Below are positions 38,938 through 53,000 of a DNA stretch of 64,000 nucleotides, piece after piece. The position numbers were made by a program, and so were the translations under genes. Numbering within the stretch: position 1 is the first letter of the stretch; the number at the start of each line of letters is the position of its first letter. The notes under the pieces are model-generated. The model worked only from the letters and a program-made list of their open reading frames with translations. It had not been told where the DNA came from and ran no database searches. The stretch is from a virus. Taxonomy: Duplodnaviria > Caudoviricetes. The stretch is from IMG/VR virus record IMGVR_UViG_3300020049_010822, positions 1 through 64,000 of that record. One strand, 5' to 3'.

Positions 38938-41900
38938 TTATCTGACTGGAATTATCCCAAAGATAAATTCTTGATCTTGCTCTTCGTTGTTGAAGGCGTC
39001 TTGCATTTGTAACGCTCCAGATCCCCAAGGAGTAGCTCTAAGAACTGTCTTAGCTCCTGTAGGCCATCCATCTGAGTTCCGTTCTCCAGTAACACCGGCA
39101 GCCATTAACTCAAAAAAAGCTTTACCTGTTTTAGCTACTTTCTCTAAAGCTACTACTGGTTTTTCAATAGTACCTAAAAGATCATATGGAGAGGCTCCAC
39201 GAGTTAAGTCATCAATTGTTCTACGAATAGATTTTCCGATGTATGATTTTTCATCATCGTCGTCTAAGGAAATGTAGAATATACTTAACAACATTGCAAA
39301 CCATAGTCCAGTATTGATTGCAGCTCCTAATGCTCTTGCTCTATGTCCTTTTAAAGTGTTGGCTCCAAACTTATCTGTATCTTGTAAATACTTTCTTAAT
39401 TCTTTTATAGAACGTTTTGAAGCTAGTGTACCTATCGATCCTGCTAGTACTCTTAGCTGCCCTTCCATGATATCCGAGTGCCATTGATATACAGGCATTC
39501 CATCTGGACGTTTACCTATCATTACATTCTTACCTACTGTAATATCTTTGTAAGGGTCGGCGTAAAGCACTTTGAGATATTGATAAAAGTACTTATGAAA
39601 TTGAAGTATAAAATCACCTATTACGGTAGATTCTATAGCTGTCTTCTCTTCTTTACGATAGGAACCGTTAAGCTTCTCATAAGCACGCTTCATAGATTTT
39701 ATTTCAAGCGGTGTAAGATCTGTAAGTTCTTCTACTATACCATTACCTTTATCTAAAACACCCCTTACTCCTAATTTCCAATTACCTTTTTCATCATAAG
39801 CATCCCACATAGATACTTCCTTACCATCTTTATCTTGGATTTTAGTACCTTGCATTATACCAGCAAGTTGCCACATCGCTCCAAAAGTTTCCCCTATGTT
39901 ATAGAACATAAAGGCGTGTGAGGTAGGAGATAATTGGATAGCTTTAGAAAGTAATCTATCATTATTAACTTCATAAGGATAGTTATCAGGTAACCAATCG
40001 AATTTTTTAGCTATATTCCACAACTTAGACTCATCTTCTCTACCAGTCATCTTATATTGGATATAATCTTTAAGAGCAACTGAAGCTCCTCTAGCATCTA
40101 TACCTTCAAAGGTTTCTGGAGGTACACCTATAATACGAGACATTCCACTGTTAACTAGGTTTCTAGTGGATTGAGTCATGTTAGCTAACGAAATCATGAC
40201 TGCGTTACGAAGTGGTGCAAATACTTTAAACGACATTACAGAATAAGTAACCGAAGATTTAATAGCTCTAACCACCTTATCTTGAGAAACTATGTACGGA
40301 GTTCCTGCAGCTATACCAGTAAGCTTAGATCCAATCACCCCCATCTTTCTATTCCAACGTTTAGAGGTAACTTTAACCTCTTTATTCTTATCTAGAATTT
40401 GAGTGTAAATTTCATCATCTAACCATTGAGTAAGATTAGGATATCTAGGATTACCATCTTCATCAAACTCTTCTCTAAGCGCATTAGAAGTACCTACTGC
40501 AATGTCGTAGATTGGATCCATATTCTCTTTATATGCCATAGAAGCCATAAAGCTTTTAAATGAAGCTTCTACATTCCAAGAGTGATTACCTTCTTTTACT
40601 GCCATAGATCCTGAATGCTTGAAGTACTTAAGTGGTATAGGAGAATCTGTACTAGAGTAAGTATCTTCCAAGAAGGATGTTAAGTTTCTCTTTATGGAAT
40701 CGCCTAGAACAGTCTTTATTCCTGCAAAGTTGGCTAGGAAAGCTTCTTCTTCTCGCACTTCAGATATGTCCTTAGGAATACGAGGCATAAAATCTTCAGG
40801 AAGTGTTTGAGGTAGATTTAAATCCATATACCTATAAATAGGAAAGTTTTCATCTCCGTTTTTGTATCCCACTACTGTATTAGCAAACCTCTCATATTCT
40901 TTAGACATAGATACTCGAATGAAATCTCTATATGCTTTTTGAGCAGGAGTCATTTCAGATATCACTCCATCTGACTCATAAGTATTAGAAGTGTTTAAGA
41001 AGTACCCTGGGTTAGCTATATCTTCAGACTTTCTCCACATGAATGCAAAGTGTTGCCTTGTAGTCTTATTTAAATATCTCTGTGCTACTTTATGAGCCAC
41101 CAATGTTACTCCTAAGCCCACAAAACTAAATGTGAATAAACTCGAAGTAAGCGCAATTAAAGCCGCAAAATCAAGTGTCTTTCTTAAAGCTGGATTCTCT
41201 GATATAACTAAATCTTTGTAAAGTTTATCATGCTGTTCGTTGAAGGATAAATTTGATTTGACAATTTTATCTTTTGCATCCATAAGTAATTTATGGAGTG
41301 TCTGCACTTTAGTGTTAGATATGTCAGAGAAGTTTTTAAAGCCTCCAATAAAAGGATAGGTAGGAATGTCTCCTAACTTAGCATTAAGATCTGTACCTAC
41401 AAGCTTCTCAAGTTCTAAGAGTGCATTAGTATACACAGCGGAAAGAGTAGAAATATTACTATCTCTTTCAATCTGAGCTTTTGTTTTACCCTTATGAAGA
41501 GCAGATATCTTTGTCTTTAAATATAGTATTTGATCTGGATATTCAAGATGGGCTATCCTATCCATTACAGAATCTAAAGAAGCATCTGTTCCTTCATATG
41601 TAGTAGCGTCTAACAGCTTCTTATCTAATAAAGTCTTGTAAACATCTGGAAAGTTTTGCTTGTAGAAATCTCCTATAGTGTATAGATAAGGTTGTAGATC
41701 TAGAGTCATCGCAGTTGCTTGACCTTTGTGGTCTAAACGTATCAGTTTTATAGACCTGAATCCCATATCTGGATATTGAGATTTTAGGATCAGTGCTCTA
41801 AACGCTAGTTCCAAATAACCGCGAGATAATTTAGAATCTTGTATATCGTACTTCTCTCCATACTGCATAAGATAAGGAGTGTTGTTATCAGAAGTGATGC

Positions 41901-43509
41901 CTCCAGTCTTCCAGTCTAAAAGAGTCATATCTCCATTCGCGTGCTGAACAATACCATCCGCAGTAGTAGCAATAGGCTTGCCATTTGTGTCTACAAGTAG
42001 ATCAGATTTCAAAATAATCTCTGATGCTATTCGATCTTGTTTAGCTTTAGGAATACCTAGAGTACCATCTACATCTATCTTAAGACCCGCCACCTTGATA
42101 ATGTCTGAAAGATTCTCTACAAAGTTTTTAAGATTAGGATGGGTTTCTAAAGTGTAGAAGGACTCCCCGTATTGCTTTGCGTATTGTAGTGCAATCTCTT
42201 TAGCTTGTTTTCTAGTAGCTACATCTGTTTCGAGTAGGTATTGCATAAAGGCGTGCACCATCTTACCAAATACTCTACCCTTACCTAAGATTAATTCTTC
42301 AAGCTCTACAACTTCATTAAATGTCTTTGGAACACCTTCAAGTAAAACAGTTTCAGTAATTTGTTCTGCTTTCTTGTTCTTAACATCTATACCTCTAGAA
42401 GCGAAGAAGTCCCTAGCTTTAGCAGTGGCATAAGATTCTTTAAAACGACGTGCCTTAGTAGAGAAAGCTCCATGCTCCTTATCTCCTACAAAAACAGTAA
42501 GACGTGTAGCTACTTCCTTTCCATCTAAATCCTTATAATAATTAGAATCATCGTCCGTAACCAGTTTTGGGTTATCGGACCTAATTTTTTCTATATAATC
42601 AATAGGCTTCTCTTTCTTTCTAGATATCTTATTCTCTATGTCGTCTATTAGAATATCTACTTTCTTATAAGCAGAAGTAAGCGTATTTTCTTTAGATAGA
42701 TCTAATCCTTTCTCCGCTACTTTAAAAAGATCAGCAAGTGTGGTAGCCGAGTCTATAGTAACGTTAGAAGATATGTTTAATATTCTACGAATAAACTCAA
42801 AGAACTGTTGTAGATAAGAACTAAACGTTCTCTTTGTAGATTGAGATTCTAAGTAATCAGTGACTACCTCTTCTTCATCTTCTCTGCGATCTCCTAGATT
42901 CCTAGCTTGTTCTAATATTGATTGGTATAGAACATTATTTCTAATCCGAAGCGTTCTAACGAAAGGGTGAAAGTATTCGTGGATTGGAGTACTCTCTGTA
43001 GCAAAAGCTGTATTGATATAGACTATCTTATTACCCCCATCGTTTACATATCTACCTGCCCATTTTTGATTAGGTTCATGTATTACTCTAAAGGGAATGT
43101 TAAACTTCTTGGATAAAACATTTAACATCTTATCCATAGAGGTAGGAATAGAATCGGCATTAATATAATCTGCAGAAGCCTCCGGAAACAATAGCATATT
43201 ACCTGCTGGAGTTTCTACTAAATCTCCTTTAAGTGTTGCCTCAATACCTGCAAACCTTAATGCAAATGCCTCTACCATACTTGGGATAGAATTATCTCCT
43301 CCCGTTATAGGATTTAGATAAGTAGCATATTTAATCGAATAGTGCTCTGGATTTTCTGCTATTGCTAATTTTAATGCTAGCTTGATCTGCGTATTGGTTT
43401 GCGCTGTTATAGTATCAGATTTAAAATAGTGTATAGTAGCTAAAGTTTCATTTTGATACTGCGCCATCAAGTCCTTTCAGAGTTGACTAGATTTTAGTGG
43501 GCATTGCAT
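38938..43509 (-). CDS. large virion-internal (ejected) protein with zincin-like and PD-(D/E)xK-like motifs, TGA-recoded (1523 aa)
   Basis: MQCPLKSSQL[TGA 43479]KDL N-terminus; HEYFH; ADG...LLDWKTG; hydrophobic hairpin. Confidence 0.8.
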
Positions 43510-43512
43510 ATT

Positions 43513-46500
43513 TTAACATTTTATAGTTGTTTCGTATATCTTTAAGAAGTCTTCTAGTGACATATTATCAGATTGGATAAGATTAAAAACTTCAGGTCCA
43601 AATTCTATTAAATTTAAAAATTTGTCTTGAATTTCAGTAACAAAGAAATACTTACCATTACCAGCACTAACAAAGTCTCCAGCTTGTATATTTTTATTTC
43701 TCATCTCCCCTTTTATTTTCGCAGTGTGGGTATGAGTAGTATTAATAGACGGAATTATTTCAGCCCCATTATTAAACACCCAAGAGAGCAGTTCTTGTTC
43801 CTTAAGAGCAGTCTTTAATGCTCCTATCTTTTCATTCATCTCTTCCTCCCTTTCTCTAAATGGTTCTAAGAAACCTATCTTATCTCTAAGCGCCTTAGCG
43901 ATTTTATTTCTAAGGGTAGGATTACTATTTAAAGGATTTAAGATGCTGCCATCTACATAATAGTTTAGATTCTTATCAAGCTTCTCAACTGCAGATAATA
44001 TATGGTTAGTAATCCCAGTTAATTCTTCCATTGTAGCATTTGGAGGCAGTTCAGCTATGGGTAATTTTATAGCCGTGCTTTCATCTGTACCCTCGTTAGA
44101 AAGAAGTCTGGCTCTTTTATTTTTAAATTGTATATCTCTATACTCTTTTAAATTACTAACAGTTACCACTGTACCAAGATTTTCGTTTAGAAACTTAGCC
44201 ATAAAGTTCTTTAAATCTACTGCTTCATCTGTCTTAGTAATTGGAAAAGAACCTTTATAAGTTAGAGCGTATACTATCTTATCTGGCAACTTTGAAACTT
44301 TATCCACAGCGTAGTATCTTATAGTATTAGCAGAGGCTGAACTTTTAGGAAAGGCATATATTACTTGTCCTTTTTCAAACTCGTGAGTTCTATAATCAGT
44401 AGTTAGTTTACCTTGAATTATATTAGACGTATTTACTATGGGGTACTTTCCAGATTGAAGCGCCCCTAAATCTAAGGAAGCGTCTAGTTCTGAAGGCTCA
44501 AAATGATAAAATCTACTGCCAGAGTTTTCAGTTAATTTTGTATAGTATGAAAAAGGCGAGCCAGGTGTTTTTATTAACAAATAAATACTATCATCATACC
44601 TACGTAAAAACTTAGCACTAGTATCAGAGTAAGGTTTCTCGTACTTTAAATCAAAGTATATATCAGTTCCATCTACATTATCAACACCAGCAAAAGATTC
44701 TTGAGTTCTGTCAGCTGTCTTTGTGCTTCTTTGTAAGACCGGTTTTAACTTAGTAGTTTTAGATACTAAAGAAGGATTATTCTTTAAAAACTGAAACATA
44801 AATCTATCCTTAAGTATTGCTAAGTTTAGATCTGTTTTAGATTCCCCCTTAGGTATTACACTATTTAATCTTTGGTCTAATGCTACCCCATATTTAACTA
44901 CCCAGTGAGCCGGGAATATTAAAGCGAAGCCTGTCTTTTCGTAATACATGGCTTCTCCCATTAAGGCATACTTAAACAAATCTTGAGCTCAATCGGCACG
45001 AGTATATCCAGAAGATATCTCTGTAGAATCCTGCGTTAATTTCAAAAACGCATCTCTAATCTCTTCTAATACTTCCTCATCATTAACTTTATCGCCTATA
45101 ATCTGAAGTTTAGATAATCCATTATTCTCTATACTTGGTTCCAAAGCTCTAACAAAAGAGTTAGTTTCTAGATCAGGAGAATCTATTAAAGTAATAGCTT
45201 TATTTACAAAGATTTGAGCCCAAGCTTCTTTGCCTCTTAGCATCTGAGAGGCCGTAGTATACTCTATCGTGTCTGGTATGTTAGTAGTGAAAGTCTTATT
45301 TTCTAATTCAAAAGTCAGATTAGAAGCTAAAAATTTAATAAGTTCCTTACTAACTATATCCACTTTCTCTAGCTCATCTGTTCCAGTATAAATATTAGCT
45401 TCTTTTAGAAGAGCCTTTATGAAGTTCTGAACTACAGGATTATACACAGCAAAACTGTTCTCAAGTATAGATTTAAGTTGTAATAAAGATTTGTAAGTAG
45501 CAAATACGTGTGGTATTCTTAGTATGGCTACATTACTAAACACACTGTTTGCTCGCTCAACAGTTCGATTAACTCCTCCTCTAAGAACCCTGTTTACAAA
45601 AGAGGCTCTAATAGAAGCAGAGAGAGTTCCAAAAAGCTTGCTGTTCTTTCCGCTTGTGGCTGTACTCACTTCTGCTTCAGCCATCTTATCAGCTTCTTCT
45701 GCGTTCTCTTCAAATTTAAGTTTATAATCTTCACTTTGAGTTTTGTAATTATTCAGCAGTTCCGCCTTTACAGCCGCTTTAATATTAGACGATGTGTTTA
45801 CTTCATCCCTAAATTGGTTATGTTTCTCAATCTTGTCGATTAAAGAATCCACTTTCCATTTCTTATTCGGAAGACTTCTTAAAGCTCCAAATATTTGCGC
45901 GTATTCAAACAACTCTTCTCCCACAGGAATAATCTTATGTATAGAAGCCATTACTACAGCATTGGATAACAAAGTAAGATCATCACTAGCTTTACCTACA
46001 TAAATCTTATCTAAAATTTCTGTTTTAATATCTAGATTTTCTAGTACATCCATCAACTTTCCTTCCTTTATATCGGATAGTATACTTGCCACACTGTTCT
46101 TGCCTGTATATTCTTTTAAAACTTCCGTTAAAGCTTCATCAGATAGAGCAGATATAGACTTTAGTAAATCGTCTATATAATTTTCTTTTATAATTTTGGC
46201 GCTCCATCTAGAATTCTCATTTGCCTCCATTAGCAGCGGAGTCTTAAATATTTTAGAGACTGTGTTAAGAGGTACCCCCATGCCTAACATAGTTAAATAG
46301 GTGTTAGCATTAACTCCAGTGATACCTAGAACAGATAACTTTTGTTCTTTTACGTTATCTATGGCAAGGTTAATAACAGTATCAATAGTCTCGAAGTTGT
46401 TTATCTCTTTTCCATTAGGACTTAACTCCTTAATGGTAGTCCTTCTCATAGTATTAGCTTTAACGCCATCTATAGAAAGGGAGTTCTTTGGTGTCAATTC

Positions 46501-47034
46501 CACCACTTCTCTTGCGTGTACTTTATATCTATTAGACTTTTCTAGTAGGGCTTCAGCAGAGTAAACACCCTCTTCTTTTAGAAGTGTTTTAAAATCATCT
46601 AATTTGGTTTCAATGATGTCTCCTGTTTTAGTATCCAATACCGCAGATATGGTAGCTCCATCTAAAACATATCCAAATGTTTTACCAAAGTTAGCGGATA
46701 TGCCTGTAAGATCAATACCTGCATAAGTATTATATCTAATCTCTTCTTGTACTGAATAGTCAGTAAGTTGTCCTGAAGGATTCAATTGCTCTTCTACTTC
46801 TTCAGCACTTAATAATCCTTGAGTGATTATACCTTTTTTTTCACGTTCCAATCTAGCCCACATCTCGGATAGGGATTCTGGAGATTGTTCTGTATTATAT
46901 TTAGAAACTATATCCAAGGCAAGTTTGGTGGGAGAATCTCCTAAGAGACTCCCCACACCGTTTACCAATACATAGTCTTTAAATTCTTCTTGAGTGTATT
47001 CTACACCCTTAAAAATTATTTTACAATTTAACAT
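43513..47034 (-). CDS. large virion-internal protein associated with the virion RNAP, TGA-recoded (1173 aa)
   Basis: 681-aa and 488-aa ORFs are in frame across single TGA 44991-44989 (RAD-W-AQDLFKYA); VINLAIDNVKEQ motif. Confidence 0.8.
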
Positions 47035-50000
47035 ACTAATTGTATTAAACCTGCTTTTTGTAAATCGTTTATAAATTCTTCATTAGATAACAACTTACCT
47101 AATTCTTCTAGTGTTTCACTCCTTAATCCTTTTACAGCCTTGAAGCTAATAGGAGTTAAAAGATCCTGTCTGTTTTTAAAATCTAACATATTCTTTGAGA
47201 AAAGATCTATGATATGATTCTTAGCTGAAGATTCAGCAGCATCTGCAAGAGTGTTTAACTGTTCATTTAAAGCTTCTATTTGCTTTCTAATTTCCGTTTG
47301 TTTAGGTATAGAAAGTTTTAAAGCCGGATCGGAAACACTTAACTGATTAGTGAGAGTCTCTATCTTTTTAGAGACCTGATTCATTACCTTCTCTAAATAC
47401 TGATGTAGATATAAACCATCAATAACTACCGCTCCATTCTCCCCAAAGCCAGGCATATTAGAACTAGTTAATACTAATCCATTATCATACTCATGGCTAT
47501 CTAAATACGAAGATACTAAATCATTCAAGTCCATGTCTTTTCCTGCATGTTTTTCTTTACGTATTACAAAGAGTGAATCGACATCATACTTTATTGTTCA
47601 TGTGGTTTCGTTAATCTCACACCGTTAATTACAGCTGCATTTTGCAATGCAGAACAGACTATATCTTCATCCTTGTCGGATGCTTCCCATTTCGAACCAC
47701 TTGGCCCTACCGGACGTTTCCGCCCGTCTATATTATATGAAATCTTATACATCATTTCTGGTATTTGTGATACATAAGGTTTAACTAAATCAATAAATTT
47801 AATAGCATTTGAAGTTCCGCAACAAAGTGAAAAGGTGCCTTTCCCTTCAGAAATAGCATAGAATTTAATATCCCATACTTCATTGAAATAATCTATAATA
47901 ATTTGCAATTGTTCTTTTGGTAAACAAGTGGCAATTCTTACATAAATTCCAAAGTTGCCTCTGTGGTTTAAACAACCATCGTCCATAAACCAGATAGCCA
48001 GACCTTGTGCGTCTAATCTATTTAGCATTTTTCTATTTGCTATTACTTTTCGCGTACTCTTATAAAAGACCCTTCTTAATACTTTTATAAATGGATTTAT
48101 ATTTAATCGGGTATAATAATAGGTTTCTCCTATTTTATAACCTTTTGTACTAATATATGAATTTACTCCAGAATTTCTAATTCCGTTGTTATTCAGTAGA
48201 TCAACTTTTCATTGTAAATATTCTTTTTGTTTTTCACAATGTGTCATTCTATATCCATTCGTTGAACTGATAGAGCCGTCTCCTAAGAGCATAGCAATCA
48301 TTAAATTTCTTGATTCTTTATTAAATTTTGTTTTCATATTTTTATCGTTACATTATAGAACAATATTCTAGATTAGTCGTTGAACCGTCCTCTAAAATTT
48401 AGAGGCTTGGCTGCTGATTACCCTCGTGGGGCTTCCCAGCAATTAAAGAAGTTTTAATCCGACAATGATATTTATCGGAACCGTGATAGTAAACCACAAG
48501 AGAAGGCGCAATAACTATGTTACCTTTAGATCCTTTAGGTACTGGGTAGAAACCTACTACTTTTAATGGTAATAAAGAGTGATAGTTAGTAGAAGGTATA
48601 CGGAAACCTACTAGTCCATTTTCAGAACCAAAGGTAAAGGCATCGCCTTCTTTCATAAACTCTCTATAAGTCTCTGGAAGTATAATCTCGCAGTAGCCAT
48701 CTTTATCTCTAAACTCTAGCTTACGTTTCGTCCATCTTCCAGTACTTTCATTATAAAGCTCTTGCAATCCCAAGTCTGCTTGTAACACTAACTTGGAACC
48801 TTGGAATTTAAATCCAGTAGTAGCCTTAGTCATGAAAGACGCAATTGTGCTCACAACCCGTTCTGAAATCAAAGGTAAGTTTAACGACGCTTTTTGTTTA
48901 GTTTCTGGATCTACTGCCTGCAACATCTCTAACACGTCTCTACCTCCTGGTAATCCTTCAAGAGAGCTGATAACCCTTTTAGTTAACATGGCTTTAGAAG
49001 CTGAAGAAGCTCCTCCTTTTCTTGTTAACCGTAAGGCTCTAGATACTCTGCGAAGTCCGTTTGTTATTAGGAACGAGTTTAGCTTATGTAGATCAAAAGA
49101 CTCCGCGAAGTTAGCACCATTGGTATTCATAAACGCAGTTCCTTGTGAAGGATTAGCTACATCTTTATCTGTATCAGCAGCAGGGTTTAATTGAAATCTA
49201 AGATTGCCGTTATTTATATTTAAGAATGTAGAATCGTTTACGGAGTCTAAAAGTAGATTGCCATCTTTTTGATTTAACTTGGCTAGTTTAGAAGGAAGAC
49301 CAACTTTAACTGCCGACTTAAACACCATTTGATCCGCCTTAGCTTTTCTCATAGTATCCCGGTAAGTACCTAAGTGTGGATATCTTTCAACAAGTTCGTC
49401 TGTTAGAACCTTTACAGAATATTTTACAGCCGTAGGTATACCATTCTCTATAGAGAAATATACCGGCTTCATTACTATATCCGTAAGAGATTCTATACCG
49501 TAAGTTCTGGCTACCTTTTCATAAAATTCTGGTAACATAAAACCTTCAGCATCTGAAGCGTCATAAGTATCACGATACGAATCAGCAAGTACTCCTTCCA
49601 TATCCTGAGGTATATTTAACTGCAGGTCATCTACAACAAGTATTCTAGAAGTAAGAGGGATGCCGTAGACAGAATCTGTAAGAAGTGTATCCCCAGTAGC
49701 AGTGACAATTTGTATCCGTTTAGTTTGGTCCTCTTTGTTCTTGTAGAATGTTTCATCACCATATAACAATTGCGAAGCTGAATATTGATTTATAATAGAA
49801 TTATAATAGAACATCTCTATTGCTGCCCCTATTATTTTATTACGTTTATCAATTGCCTCTTGTTTTACTTCATCAGTAGCATCTTTAGCTGCAAGAGGAG
49901 TTACCACACCTAAATTAAAGTACTTGGCAGTTCTTTTTAAATCTGCTTCTGCTATTCTGATTTTAGCTGGTTTAGTTAAAGAGTGCTGTTGGAAATCTTT

Positions 50001-53000
50001 CGCTATTTCAGCTGCTTGTTTCTTCACATGCTCTCTCACTGCTTTCAAAGCTTGAGCTTCAGTCATAGAATCTACACTACCAGAAAGTCCCGCAAGTTTC
50101 CATTGTTTCCAATTAGGAACTCCATTTTTATCTTTAGCTAAATAAACTTTAGTGTTAGCTAAATCTGGATTATCTTTTGGGTCGGGTCTATTTTTCTGGG
50201 CTTTAATGATGCTAGCTAGAGCTTTTGAAATCTCTTGATCTTTTTCTGTCTGTCTTAAAGCTGTAACCTCTACTGCCTGTATTGTGGTACGATTAGAAGG
50301 TATGGGCAAGAACTGAAAATAGGAAGAACCAAAACCAACCTTAGTGAAGAATCCAAATACTATATTACGTTTTCTAAAGTCTTTTAAGTTCTCTTTAGTT
50401 AGGTATTTAGCGTCTGAATCGTTACCCTTAGTTTTTAAACCATCGTGATCTATAAATCCAGTAATGTTATTAATACCATTAAAGAATATGTTATCTTTTA
50501 AGAATCTATCATTAGAAGTTAATTTCTTTCTGTCTTTATTAAACTCGAAAGTAGAAAACTTTTTATGAGGTAGATTCTTACTAGTCTTATCTAAGGCCCT
50601 CATTATAGAGGTTAATAACTGTGACTGATAGGAACCATCTATCCAACCATAAGCTTTTTTACCATCCGCTCTAGTGTAAGAGTGAGTTTCAGATAATTGA
50701 TAGTGGTTATTAAGAACATCTACTAGATTACGTAATAACTTAGTTTCTGATTTTAATAGATTACTACCTCTTCTCTCATCATTGTATTCCTCTATACTCT
50801 GATTCTCTTTAACCCCGGCTTTATACTTTGCTTGCATTTCCTCTAAAGCGGGATGAAAGCCTTCAAACATAATGTCTAACTGAGCACTAGTAACTTCAGT
50901 AATTTTTCTCTTAATCCCTACTACATTAATAAAGTCTTTTAATGCTTCTCGTTTAGCTTCTACATCACTAGTAGACGCCTCACGTATTTTACGTAAAAGA
51001 GCGTCTGTAAATAGTGTATTACCTCCCAAGCTGTTTGTATACTTATCAAACTTATTAGCTACGTAGCTTTCATGGATTTGTTTACCCCCACCTGTTTTAA
51101 CTCGTATATACCTAGATTTGTACTCACCATAGCTGTACTCATCTATACCCACATGAGGTAAATTCTCTCTTAAAGAAGATACCGCTGCAAGTAACGATCT
51201 GACAAAATCTAAATCTTCAAATAAGAAGTACGCTTTAGAGACACTAGTATAATCTGTTTTAGTAACAGCAGCTATACTTTTTATTAAATCATCCATACTT
51301 CCCCCTTCTATTTGGTGAAGAGTTCTGTATTTAGTTGGGTTCAACTCAACGTCTCTAGTCGTTGCTTCTCCTACAGGAGAACCATCTGTAGATACTAAAG
51401 CATATAAACTTTTGTTTGAAGCGTCCTTTCTAAACGCAATGTCTTTACGTAATGCGGGGTCATTAAATTGATTTTGTATTCTTCTTACAGTGGAGAGCAT
51501 GAATCTTCCAGTTGCTGTCCTAATATTAGGAGATAACTTGGAAGACTTGGCTGAGAAAGAACTGAATGCTTGTTCCAGAGCGTCTAATGCTGTCTGCATA
51601 GAATCTACTGGAATAGAAGCCACTCTAGGGAGTATAATAGAGAAAGCCTCTCCTAATGCAGCATAATCTTCTTCTCCATCTTTTAAATACTTAATAGATA
51701 TAAGACGTTGCTTAACATTACCAGTAAGTTTAATTGAAGGATCAGAGAGCTCTGTATCGAAGGTCTCAGCTGAAAGGGCTGACATCTCACTGTCCAGAGC
51801 TGCTAATTCTTTATCTAATTTTTCTCCAGCTTCAATTCTAGTATTTAATTCCTCTTGCTGTTCTAATAAAGCATCCAACTTTTGTTGTTGCCGTTCGTCG
51901 TATAGACGTCTAAGTGTATCTCTAGTTTGTGCTTGTCCAAAGAAAGTATCAACAAAAGACTTGGATAACTTAACATTATCCAGAACCTTACTTAAAGCTC
52001 TCTTACGAAAAGCTAGTTGTTCTCCAGTATCTTCTGGAAAGAATTTCTCTGGAGTTCTACGCATCTCTGCAAGACGTTCAAAAGTAGCGGTTATAACTTC
52101 TGAAAAAGACATTACTTTACCATCTCGTCTAGAAAATTCGATATCAGTAAAGTTAGAGATGATAGCTGCCTTAACAAACTTGTATTCGGCTAAGTTATCA
52201 AAGTTAGCTGCTATGTTTATCTGAGCTCTTTCTACTTGTCCGTTCTGGATTTTTCTATTATAAACTCCACCTTGAATGGAACTAAAGAATTTTTCTAAAG
52301 AAGATAAGTTATTAAATGTAAACCCAAGTAGACGTAACAGCTTTTGCCAAAACACTTGAAACACATTAGGCTTCTTTGTTATAGAGTAGGTCTCAAAATC
52401 AACAGCCAGTTTTTCTTCTAAAGCTACTTCATCTAAATTACCCCATTTCTCTTTAGCTAGAGATAATACTTGAACTTGTTCAGCAGGAGTTAAATATTCC
52501 CAGAAGATTTTGTGGAACATCTCGTGCCTAACTGTTCTAGATCCTATCTTACCGTTAGTATTTAGTGCATAGTTTATGACCCCATTTTTATACAGACCCC
52601 AAAGTGTTTCTCCTCGGTTATTTACAAGCTCGCCGAATTTAAACATTCTAAACACTTCAGAGCCACTTTTCTTTTTAAAGAAAGATTTAAAGAGTTGGAA
52701 AGTACTAGGAGGATTAATTCTAGTCATTAACTCTTCTACTTCTTGAGGTGATAGATCTTCTCCAAGATCTTGGTCTACACCTTGGAATATTTGAGCTCTT
52801 TCAAATTCACCTGCCTCTACTACTTTCGCAGCAGCATCATAATAGTCTTCTTCCTCGGTAAGCTTTTGTAATTCTGCTTTGAAAGCTACGTTATCAGGAT
52901 GTTCTAACAGAGCATTGAATTCTTCTTCGTTATCCGCAGATTCTAATAATCGTTTAGCGAAATCAAAAAGTGCTCCTTTAGGTGCTGGTATTGCTGGATC

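Noticed and set aside
48399-48473. C-terminus KYHCRIKTSLIAGKPHEGNQQPSL of the 2103-aa ORF
   Set aside because: This is translated intron core (P and Q elements), not protein.
47589-48473. Intein rather than intron
   Set aside because: The RNAP frame hits a stop inside the insert, no intein splice residues are present, and group I RNA signatures are.
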